DNA of 20,106 nt from positions 67,038 through 87,143 of the forward strand of contig JAQGDQ010000859.1 of the NCBI GenBank assembly GCA_030141605.1, in the 5' to 3' direction. Below, in pieces: positions 1-12,000 of this stretch (the first letter of the stretch is position 1; the number at the start of each line of letters is the position of its first letter). Position numbers and translations under genes: made by a program. Below the pieces are notes generated by a model that saw only the letters and a list, made by a program, of their open reading frames with translations, was not told the DNA's origin and did not search any database. This stretch comes from Tubiluchus corallicola (Eukaryota; Animalia; Priapulida).

Positions 1-172
1 CACAGTGCTTCCCTACATTCCCTAGCTGTGAACGTACTGAAGTGCTTTCCGTTTTTCACAAAACCCAAATTGGGCCTTGCATTATGCAAAAAACCGGCCT
101 TGTAACATTAGGTTGCATCATTTTTTACTGGCCCATTTTTTAATTAATTGCTAATGAAACAGTACAATATAC

Positions 173-346
173 CTGAACGCCGCCACTGACGGTGAATAAA
201 TTAGTCACATCAGAACGAGGATGACCGATGAATTCAGTGGTGGTGGCGATGGTGAGGGGGTTGGTCGGCGCATACGGATGGTGCGCAAAGTCCAGGTTGT
301 TATTGGCATTGAATCCGTTTTGTTGCGACATGTCCAGAACACCAAT
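173..346 (-). CDS. TMEM145: TMEM145 exon 13 (IGVLDMSQQNGFNANNNLDFAHHPYAPTNPLTIATTTEFIGHPRSDVTNLFTVSGGVQ); ends at donor 172 or reads on to TAA at 140-142
   Basis: Acceptor catttttAG just upstream of 346; F-x-H-x-x-Y and T-x-LF motifs like the TMEM145 cytoplasmic tail; candidate donor CAG|GTATAT. Confidence 0.8.
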
Positions 347-3300
347 CTAAAAATGCAACAATTTAAAGATTACCAAAACTATCATGTAAGATTCTTACCA
401 GCTGAGTGGTGACGGTATTTGGTCGATTACAGAATTAAGCAAAGTTGGGTTTGGCCCGTAATTGGACATGTGACCACAGTGAAGACTTCGTCTTGGGAAG
501 TTTTGACTTGATTTGCTGTCACCTCCGCGGACAATGCGGACAAGATTTCTTGGAAGGTTTTTGTACCGTCTCAATTAAATGAAATCTTAATGTTTATTAC
601 AGAGATTTCATTATAGACAAATGGTTTTAAATGGCATTTTTAAGTGTAATGCTAGATATTGTCATTTCTGTCTTTTTATTGTTTTGATTTTCAGTTTAAT
701 AATTTTGTGTATCAAGTATTGTAAATATGTAAGTAATTATATCTGTAAATATTACTAAAGTACTAAAGTGATTGCATTGCGCCAATGCACTTTTTATATG
801 AACAAAATAATAAACAAATAAATAAAATAAAATTGTCTCAGCTTAAATTACTTTCAATAATCGTCTAGGCTTCATAAACACGAACAGTACTAGAAAGAGT
901 ACCACAAAAGTTCCAATCCACTGACCAGGATAGGGATAGACGGTGAGACATCTTTAACAAACAACGAGAATGTGCCTAGCTTGTCACTCTGCCTGTCTTT
1001 CTTCCCTCAATCAGACACTCAGTCAAGACTGAAAAGGCCTAGGAAGCCAGTTAGAAAATCCAGTATTAAGAGGCCCCCAATATAAACGGGATTCGAACCC
1101 AGAGCACTTGAGTCGAGAGCCAAGTGTCGTGGTCAGTCGATAACAACAGTGGCTTCCTAACATTAACAGGCTCTACATTTAAATTACACATGATATAACA
1201 CGTACGAATCATACCTGTGATGTTCTGACATGATATGGAAACACTTTGTTGACAGATACTGGACTAGTCAAAATCTGAAACAAATAAAAATTCTAATAAT
1301 AACAAACACTGTTTACGTAGTACATTAAACTATTAGGTAGCTTAATCAAATAACATAATGTAGGAAGTTTTTAAAAATTAAAAACCGTTGCAACAGAAGA
1401 TCAGAAATATCTGCATTTTTCCTGGTTTTTGGGGCAAAAAGTATTGAAGTGCTATTTCACATCCACCCTACGTTGTGATGGTTCGATCCATTATGAAGCC
1501 ACTGTGTATCAACATTGCACACCAAATATAAAACTGCTGAGAAGCAATGGCCTCGTCCTTTTATCAGGCAGACAGACAGGTGTATGTACCACCTAAGCAC
1601 CTGTTCCATAGTCAATCTATTATGGAAAACACAAGAGGTGCTACTGGAAAGACTTTTTACATTAATTCCTCTGTTTTGACGTTCATCTTGTATTCTGGAA
1701 AACACTGGCTGAAACACAATTTCTATATGACTCAACAGTCCAGCATTGAGCCACAACCTCTTGTCCTCTGGGAAGCCTGGATTTCAACTGACCAGGGGCA
1801 AGCTGCTACCGGTCCTTGGTAGGCGAGGTCATACTAATGTTACAGTATTATCCATGAATCAATTACATAATCTTTGTTTTCCTACCATCAGAATTTTCAC
1901 AACAGTGAATTCTGTTATACAGTAAATACCAGGAATATACTAGTAATAAGTAGTAACACTAGTAATAGTATATTAGTAATAAATAATTGGATATTTTTAA
2001 TGAATGAATATAATTTATATCAGACATTAATTAGAGAAAAAATAAATTTTACCAAAAAGAAGCTGTGACCAGCAAACGCGACGCTTCGTTCAATACCGTT
2101 AACGACCTTTTCCCGGACCCAGTTATCAATCTTATAGTTAGCTATAATGATCATCATTGGTACCGCAACAAACCTGTTGGCAATATCAAACATTAGTATT
2201 AAGAAATGTAAATGACTGATAAAAAGTTTTACCAAAACAGGATTTGAACCCACGGCTTTGCGTGAACACAATCGCACTTCTAACATATTTTACTTTCTTC
2301 ATAATTAAACAACAGCAATATAAATGGAATGTGATTTTTTATTTCAAGATTACAGAATATAAGAACTGTTGCAGTTTTGAAATCCGTGTTTGCCGAGAAA
2401 AATGTGAAATGTTCAAGCAGTGGTTAGCATAATTCATGTATCTGGTACGGCATGACTTTGTTTTTGTTTGTTTGTTTTATTTCTTTGCTTGTTTTGACTG
2501 TTTGTTTTTTAAACATTCACTATTGCTTTCTATAAATTAGATGTTTAATTTTCTAAAGACATCCTGTTTTTTTTTGAGATTAGATGAGATACCATAAATT
2601 CGACATTGATAACAACAGAATGAGATTAATACAAAAACTGCCTAGGGAGCCATAATATTACAAGTTTTATGATGACAATAATGACTGTTGTACATAAATT
2701 CGAATCTAAAACACAAATTCTTTACTAAAAAATTATTTTCTATTCACTACAATCTTACTTGCTCTATTAAGAACATCAACATGAGCACATTAACTATAAT
2801 TTTGTATTTCAATTCACATTCATATTTGTAACTGTATGACTACCCACTGACCAATGGTCAGGTGAGGGTGGTTTGCATTAAAAAACATAAACAACTTACC
2901 AAGCTGTATAGACACAGAAGAATAGCATGAAGAATGGCCACTTTTCTGGATAATGTTTTACAGTAAAGAATATTGCATAACAAAACCACAGCCAACCGAT
3001 GATCCGTAGTATTATCAATGCATAACCGGCTGGACTTTCGTAAATGTAGAGCACTCGGGCTGGATCAAATAACTGAAAATGAACAATGACATGCTAAGAG
3101 TTTCGCCGAGTATAGCGCATTGCAGATTTTGATTGGATCATATAGGGTTAAGTCGTAAACTAACAGAAATTTTAGAGCTGCAGTCTAGAGAAAGAAAGGC
3201 TTTCGTTTATTTTGCCAAACACTCGGGCAGAGAAAATAATTTGCTTTCTAGTCCAAAATCAAGTAACAATAAAGTTATGGTTCACTTTACGCTAAGCACT

Positions 3301-6300
3301 AGAGGCAGCACAGCTCTCTCCACTATGCCTCTTCTCTCTCTGAACTCTGCCTCCCCCTACCTGAACTGTTTTTGTACCAGCTACTACACATTATTAGGCT
3401 TAGGAAGTAAATACAAAAAAAACATGGTCCAGGTAGCGATGCTTCTCGACATTAAGGACCTGGAGAAGTGGAAATAAGGAAATGCCTTAGAGAAAAGTGA
3501 TCAATAACTGACTCTCTTGGCGCACACTCCATTGTCTTCCGAGACAGAAGGATGCCAACAATCGCTATCGTTAACATCCCTAGCAGAATATAAAGCTTTG
3601 TTCTAAGATGATCAATGAGATGGAGTATGGATTAGATTAGATTAGATTTAGATTTATATTAGATTAGCATTAGATTGTTAGATTTGCATTAAACTTGTCC
3701 AAGCTACATGCTATTGAACTGTGAAGGGTAAAAACCTACCACAGCTTCAGAAATAAAAATGACGATGTAACACACAGCGTACAGCGTCATAAATATGGCG
3801 AGTTTGATAGAACTGGCTTGCCGTAACCGTCCTCGCGTTATCGTGTAACCCTTTGCCATCAATATGAGGATGAGTTGAAATGTTAGTGTACTGGCGCTGT
3901 CCATAATTCGACCTAAAGCAAAATGCTTACAATAATAAAATAAAACTTTGAACAAGGTGGTGGAATATTAGTGTGGCAAAATACCAGTATGATAGAATAT
4001 CAGTGTGGTAGAATACCAGTGTGGCAGACTACCAGTGTGGTATAATATCAGTGCAATAGAATATCAGTGTGGTGGATGCAGTGGAATATCATTGTGGTAG
4101 AATATCAGTGTGGTGGAATACCAGTGACGTGGACTATCAGTGGGGCAGAATATCAGTGTGGTAGAATATCAGTGTGATGGAATACCAGTGTGGTGGAATA
4201 TCAGTGCAATAGAATATCAGTGTGGTGGATGCAGTGGAATATCATTGTGGTAGAATATCAGTGAGGTGGAATACTAGTGGTGTGGAATATCAGTGGGGTG
4301 GAATACCAGTGGGAGAATATCAGTGGGGTGGAATATCAGTGGGGTGGAATACCAGTGAGGTGGAATATCAGTGGGGTGGAATACCAGTGGGGGGAATATC
4401 AGTGGGGTGGAACATCAGTGGGGTGGAATACCAGTGAGGTGGAATATCAGTGGGGTGGAATATCAGTGAGGTGGAATACCAGTGGTGTGGAATATCAGTG
4501 TGGTGGAATACCAGTGAGGTGGAATACCAGTGAGGTGGAAAATCAGTGGGGGGAATATTAGTCTGGTGGAATACCAGTGGGGTGGAATATCAGTGGGGTG
4601 GAATACCAGTGAGGTGGAATATCAGTGGGGTGGAATATCAATGAGGTGGAATACAAGTGGGTTGGAATACCAGTGAGGTGGAATACCAGTGAAGTGGAAT
4701 ACCAGTGTGGTGGAATATCAGTACAGTGGAATACCATTGTGGTGCTATTAATGGCATGGTAAAAATGGTACACGTGTTATTTTGATGCACTTGATTTCTA
4801 TATTAAGACTAGAATGAGCTCAGTAGGAAGCAGATTTCTGGTGCCGAAACTGAACAGTCTTAAACTTATTAGTCTGGTCCTTTTGATTAAAAAACTTAAA
4901 ACATGCGCTACACTATTGTTAATAATAACTATAGATAATAGCACCGAAGTGATCACATCAACCACTGCAGCAATGTCGACCATTTGTTCTCACCCTGATA
5001 ACTGTTGTATAGACATGCTATATAACTTCATGGTGATAACGATGCCACAAATGATTCCAATCCATAAAAGATATTGTGAATTAAAGATTAGCTTACCAAA
5101 CAATTCCGAACCTTTAGACCCGATGCCATCCTGCATGTAGATGGCATTAGCGATGACGGCAAAAAACAACGCAACAACTTCGCAAGCTAACGCTACAATG
5201 AACAAACGGTACGTCGTGTGAAACAGCTGACGTTGCTTCAGCAGCACTGGAAAAAGACAGAATAGAAGATTAACTTATTTATATATGAGCTTAACATACA
5301 AATTAGCTTTAAAAATACAACGTAATGCCAACAGGTAGAACTAGTGAGGTCAGCGAAAGAAAAAACAACGAATAAAATGAAAATCAAATAGTAACTGCTG
5401 ATTAAACAATTATGATATGCAATTAATAAAAAAGTGATAACTTTCTAAAGAAACCCATTTTTTACTTTCGGGACTTTTTATCACTTGTTTTTGATCGTTA
5501 AAAAAGTTTAGCACATTATGGGTGAAGTGAACAACCGAGTGGTGATGGTAAGTGCCTAGCAACTAAAGTTATGCTAAAATCCAGTATTGTTAGCCATTAG
5601 ATGGCTCTTTCAGAAGATCTAAGCTTGAAGAAAAAATGCTAGCAAATAATTCTTTGAGTTGAGCTCTTCTGTGATCTATTATCCCTTCTATGAGCTATTA
5701 TCATCAGAGTTTGAAAATACAGTTTCTCGTAATTGCAACACTAGTTTTTAGGAAAGAGGCAGGTAAGGAGTTATAAAATTAATTTTTAGTAATTTCCTGA
5801 TGACTTGAAGCTAGAATATTAAAGCCCAAATACACTTAGTGTTAGTGTTCTTGTGAAAAGCAAAAAATTGATATTTGTCACAATTTTCGATGCATTCGAC
5901 TCAGAAGCATCACAGTGTTGTTTTAACAATGACAGCTTACGGTCGGTTTTGATTTGCAAGCACACATTTTCAGATTTGAAACTCAAACTGAAACTTGAAA
6001 GGCAATGTAAAAAAACGTACCGCCAAATATAATGCTGATGCTAACCAATATCACAAAAAGTGTTAAAAAAGCAATATCAGTCTCCAGTATTTCTGAAAGT
6101 AAAAAATACCAAAGATTATGTTCGTCTGAAAAACAAAAACATGTTTTATATAAAAAATACCATTATACATCATTATCTTCAAAGAGAAATGTTTTAACTA
6201 AACTAAAATAAAATATTAATACATGTATAATAATTGATATGTAATCCAAGATGGCCACCAAGCTGATTTTGAAAAAATGAAAAGATAATTTTTAGGTTAA

Positions 6301-8970
6301 GGCAGATCATTGACTTTCCACATATGTCTTAGGTGTTTAATGTCCAAAAATTTTGAACGAAACTTATGATCAGTACTAGACTACATATACAATATGTTCA
6401 AAGAGAATTGTTTTAACTAAGGTAAAATAAAATATTAATACATGTATACATGAAAATATACATGACAATTGATATGTAATAAAATGTCAATTTTTTAAAG
6501 AAATTGCGACTACCAACACATACTAATAGTTTTTATTTGATTGCAAAAGGTAATAAAGCCTAGCAAATGGTTCTAAGACAGGGTTGGATTCATGAAATTT
6601 TTACTTACTAAACTCGTCGGCTGAGAAATGGTATGTCCATCTGTTAGATCGGTGACCATTTGTCATCAGAATTTTGTAGTCTAAATATAGACCCTAGAAT
6701 AAATAAATACTTATATCTGTGTAATACGCTATCATTTTAACAGCTATTACAGATAAATTACACACTTATCAGTTTTTGGTGCTGCATACTAATATTATTA
6801 ACATACGCAGTTCATGATAAGCAATTAAACAAATACAGAAAACTCACTTTCGTTGAATTGCAATTTGACACGGCAATAAACCACCACCGTTCCCGTGCCG
6901 ACCGAAAGCTGCGACCACCGGAACATTTTATCCACAGTTTACCGTCTGAAAGTAAATATCCCGTCTTTACCAGAATGAGTAAAATTTCAATATCAGTTAC
7001 ATATCTTGCCTGAGTGCAGCTGGACAAAATACAAGATTATTTGCTAGCTTTTATTACCAACTATCAGAATGTTAACACATAATACACTAACTGATGATAC
7101 ACTAACGTATAGTTTACTATATGCCTTTAAAGTGTTTCATCAAATTAGCAAATCAATAAATATTGGCAGAAAGTATGGAGATAAAAAGCAAGAAAGCATA
7201 ATTGATCCGTTTGTCTTTTTATGGTAGGAAAACAGGCTTAAGAAACATACAGGCTGCTATAAAGCTCTGATTAGAAACAGATATTTCCTAGACACACTGT
7301 ATCAAATTGTAGACAAAAACTTCAGTTGTTACACTAAATTATGCTGAATATTATTTTGCGTATCAAATAAAAATTGGTTTTAAAAAGGTAAAGGTGCACA
7401 AATGTTCCTGAACAAAGACAAAACTTATAGTATAAACAAAATTTTTTGTATTACTTTTCGTAAGTCACGTGTTTAAATCAAAATGATCTGTTTTAACTAA
7501 TTCATAAACCTAATGAATAACTTACGTACTATTCATTACTGTAGTAAAAATTAAAAGTAGCAAAGTTTTGAGCAAAGCTAATGTTAAATCTGTACATTAG
7601 CATTAAAATAATCCCAAAATCTAATATCTCTGTGCAGTTTGTACACTGGTTAAAACTCTGTTAAGAGACTAACACAACTGAAGTGAATCAAACTGAACTG
7701 ACTAGAAGTGAATAGAGCAAAACTTGTCTGCAGAAAAAGAAGACTGGTTTATTCCTGCCGACAATATCGGCAAGATATTAAGGTTTCAAACCTGTGAACT
7801 CTCATGCTTTAGGCATGTGTCGCATGCACTTTTTACATGTGCACACGCATCAGATTTCAGTTTTAACAAGTTCTGCAAATTACCTGGCTTCTTTTGCCGT
7901 CAGTACCAACCACAACACAATTAGTAGTACTATTCTCAATAATACAGTAGTGTTCATGAGTCTCACAATAAAGGGTATTACATGTATTGAAAATTAAGCA
8001 CTTTAGGATGTTATTGAGCTTCTTTCATGAAAGAACATTTATTATATATAAAGCACAATGAACTGCAATAACAGCATAAGAAAGCTCAGTAGTACCCAAA
8101 ATCAGCTTAATTTTTTGCTGTCGTAATTTTTTTGGTAATTTGATATTGATTCCCAGAAAGCAAAACTTTTTCGGGCATGGGCATAATTTGCTCCGTTGGA
8201 CCCGCTAGATGATCTCCGGGCTTTCTACGTTTCACACTCATTTTTATGTCAAATGGTTGGCAGATCTGGTTACAGTGACAATGTACAAAGTTTACAACCA
8301 AGTACGTAGACACTTTGTGAATTTTATACCTAGTAATAATTTTTTTACAAAATATATTTCCATTAGTTTAGTACTCTGTCAGTAAAAAGGTTTCTGGGTT
8401 ATTCGGCGAATTCGTGATATTTACTGATTTGTCACTAGCATGATATATATTTGATGCATAATTTAGCATAGTACGACAAAGATAAACACATCATGTTAAT
8501 TGATTTATTAATAATAAATATAACGCATTTGGTGGCCAGTTGCTCTCCATAGAATATTGATAAAAATGGCTTGGCACATGCTTGCGCAGCTACCAACACA
8601 ACAAAAAATGAGATCTGTGTAAATTAATGCATCGGTTTAATTACAAACGAGATTACAAAAATTAAGAAACAGATCATGAAAAACAGCACTCCTTTATCAA
8701 ATGTTAAAGCTATAAATGTGTTTAGAAACTTAAAAATAAGTAAGATAGTAAGTAAGCAGGTAAGTAAGTAAGAAATGAAAAACAAGCAAGCAAAGAAGCA
8801 AGTAAGCAAAGTAAGTAAGTAATGCATAACAAGCAAGTAAGGAAGCAAGTAAGCAAGTAAGCAAAGTAAGTAAGTAAATACGTAACAAGCAAGTAAGTAA
8901 GTAAGTAATGCGTAACAAGCAAGCAAGAAAGCAAGTAAGTAAGTAATGCGTAACAAGTAAGCAAGCAAGC

Positions 8971-9005
<35 letters not shown>

Positions 9006-12000
9006 GAAGTAAATACATAAGCAAGCAAAACCATTATTTTTAATTTTTCTTTCGAATGATACTGTATGTGTCTGGTTATCAGCCTGTGTCATGTTGTTTC
9101 CCTTTAACAAAATATTCAAAATATTGGTAGTCTGATGTTAGGCTGATAAAGAGCGAGTATCTTCAGCAAGTTCAATGACAGAAAATTAATGAACAGACAT
9201 GGGACAAAGCTTGCCTTCAATAAGCTCACTCACAATAAGCCCACACAATATTATTAAGGCAATCTTATATTTTCAAACGGTACTTATTATTGGCAAGCTC
9301 CTCATATCGTGTAATATTTTGTACAATAATTATATAAATGTATGATATAATATAAATAGCACAAATGATGTATATCATTACAAGCAAGATATTTGTAAAA
9401 CAATATTAACCCTTTCACTACGCAGTTGCTTTTTAACTGGACTGCATTGGCTTTTGCACATTTGACTTTCTGTGGCACATTACTAAAACAGCCATTTTTT
9501 ATTAAACACTAATAATGAATATTGCTTTCATTTGTACACGTGCACACACATATATGCGCACACATGCATGCAGTCATGCAAGCACGCACGCATGTGCACT
9601 CTCACATAAATAAGCACGTATTTATAAATAGAAACCAGTTTTCACAAAGTTCATAATGCCAATGCATAGTATGTAATAATTTCATAAGAAATACAGAACA
9701 GACGACTAAACATACGTTTCACCAACCATCAAGATGTGATTTTACATGAGAATGTACCATACAGTACAGTATTGTGGAATGCACCTGGCTTCAAATGTTG
9801 ACTGGATAGTTTACAGCATTACTGTGAAGCAACCGCAATCCCACGGCTGTTAAACTTTTCTACAATGTTTCTGCATGGCCACAGCAGTGAAATAAAACTT
9901 TACCCGAGTGACTGTACTTAGTGCTGAGCTCAGGTGGCAGTGTACTGGCTTCCGTGGTGAAAGAGTTAATATGTCAATGTTTACCTTCGGCTAGCTCACT
10001 ACAACCAGCGTAAGAATAACTTGATGTCAGATTGATGAACTGTCCATTTTCTTGTTTCAATAACGATTCTTTCATTTCACACGTCTGTAAACACAAACTC
10101 ACTTTCATGTTAATCGTATCTATAATGCAGTAACAGGGGAAATACGAATATTGTTTTTTTTGCTAAATTTTACAATAGAATAATTTGTGATATACATTGT
10201 GTTACAATGCACAATACCACTATAATGCAAGCTCATGCATTAAAGCATAACAATATATTAAATACGTATTCCTGTAAAAAATGGAGATGAATTTGGCGCT
10301 GAAAAACACTTTGTGACGCAATGTTTTGCGCATGTCTTTCATATCTAAAAGAATTTAGTGGTTCAAAATATTACGTTATATCTTTTTTGACTGGATAATG
10401 GAATCAAAAATTGTTGCAGCAACGTGGTCGGGTTTCGGCAAAGTTAGTAGTAGTTAAATAATAATATTACAGCCATTAAAACAAATTTACAAATTTATTT
10501 GAAAAGACTTTAGAAAATGCATTCTTACCTTATCAGGTTTGTAGGCTGATGGCCATTGATTTGCTTCATCATAATACAGCAATATTTTCTGAATTTTGTA
10601 TTCCTATAACAGATCCATGTAATACAATTAAAACAAGTAAAGTAAAATAAAATAAAATAAAATAAAATAAAATAAAATAAAATAAAATAAAATAAAATAA
10701 AATAAAATAAAATAAAATAAAATAAAATAAAATAAAATAAAATAAAATAAAATAAAATAAAATAAAATAAAATAAAATAAAGTAAAATAAAATAAAATAA
10801 AATAAAATAAAATAAAATAAAGTAAAATAAAATAAAATAAAATAAAATAAAATAAAATAAAATAAAATAAAATAAAATAAAATAAAATAAAATAAAATAA
10901 AATAAAATAAAATAAAATAAAGTAAAGTAAAGTAAAGCAAAGCAAAGTAAAGTAAAGTAAAGTAAAGTAAAGTAAAGTAAAATAAAGTAAAGTAAAGGGA
11001 AATGAAGTAAAGTAAAGTAAAGTAAAATAAAGTAAAGTAAAGGGAAATGAAGTAAAGTAAAGTAAAGGGAAATGAAGTAAAGTAAAGTAAAGTAAAGTAA
11101 AGTAAAGTAAAGTAAAGTAAAGTAAAGTAAAGTAAAGTAAAGTAAAGTAAAGTAAAGTAAAGTAAAGTAAAGTAAAGTAAAGTAAAGTAAAGTAAAGTAA
11201 AGTAAAGAAAAAGTAAAGTAAAGTAAAGTAAAGTAAAGTAAAGTAAAGTAAAGTAAAGTAAAGTAAAGTAAAGTAAAGTAAAGTAAAGTAAAGTAAAGTA
11301 AAGTAAAGTAAAGTAAAGTAAAGTAAACTAAAGTAAAGTAAAGTAAAGTAAAGTAAAGTGAAGCAAAGTAAAGTAAACTAAAGTAAAGCAAAATATTGAT
11401 GCAACAAGCCCTCAATTATTGAAACTGAATTTAACTGAAACTAAGAAAAATCTCAGGTTAAGCCTGGGTTTGAACCTAAGTCCTATGGATACAAAGGTCA
11501 CATTACGTTGCAGATTAGCATGTAAACGTAAATAACAACCTATAAATAAAATGAGTGTATAAGAAGCCGACAAAGTGAAATTTACATAATCAGATCAGGT
11601 TACATAAATGCGGCCTAGAATGAGAAATAACAGCTATGTACATGGCAAAGCACTTCAAACACTTTAATCGTTTTATATACATGCAAAACTTTAGTGGTTA
11701 GACGGTATCTATTCTTTTATATTACTTGCAGCATATCGTTACAAATACTACATGGTAATTTTCACTTTCAATATCAGTAGGCATGGTTGCTATAATGCTA
11801 GGTCAGCTATCAATTAACTATATAAATAAAGACAGTTTGTCTACGAGCACCGTTGATATTTGTACAAGGTTCAATGAATGGAGAGCATGTCATTACATAA
11901 GCCCAATGGCTGTTGCCAAGCTGCTTTACTTTCGCTTGTGGATGTCAATACAGAATTTTTGGAACAGGGAAAATTACTTTCTTTCATGAGCTTAATGTAG

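Noticed and set aside
3-140. hAT-like terminus CAGTGCTTCCC at the window edge
   Set aside because: No partner end or TSD visible; cannot be supported.
221-412. Plus-strand 63-aa ORF (similarly 4814-5140, 3133-3477, 1547-1822)
   Set aside because: Antisense shadows of exons or of repeat-derived sequence, with no recognisable protein features.
399-477. Functional 5S rRNA gene
   Set aside because: Only the internal control region is similar, with many substitutions; terminal helix missing.
3956-4773. CRISPR-like array or repeat-protein ORFs
   Set aside because: Head-to-tail 16-bp units without unique spacers, no cas genes, and located in a eukaryotic intron.
8624-9119. Three Leu/Thr/Tyr-rich ORFs (also 12035-12262)
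   Set aside because: Translations of (ACTT/GCTT)n microsatellites.
10525-11415. 296-, 123- and 105-aa hydrophobic ORFs (LLYFT/FYFIL repeats)
   Set aside because: Translations of the pentanucleotide microsatellite; the real exon 3 uses a separate splice-defined frame.
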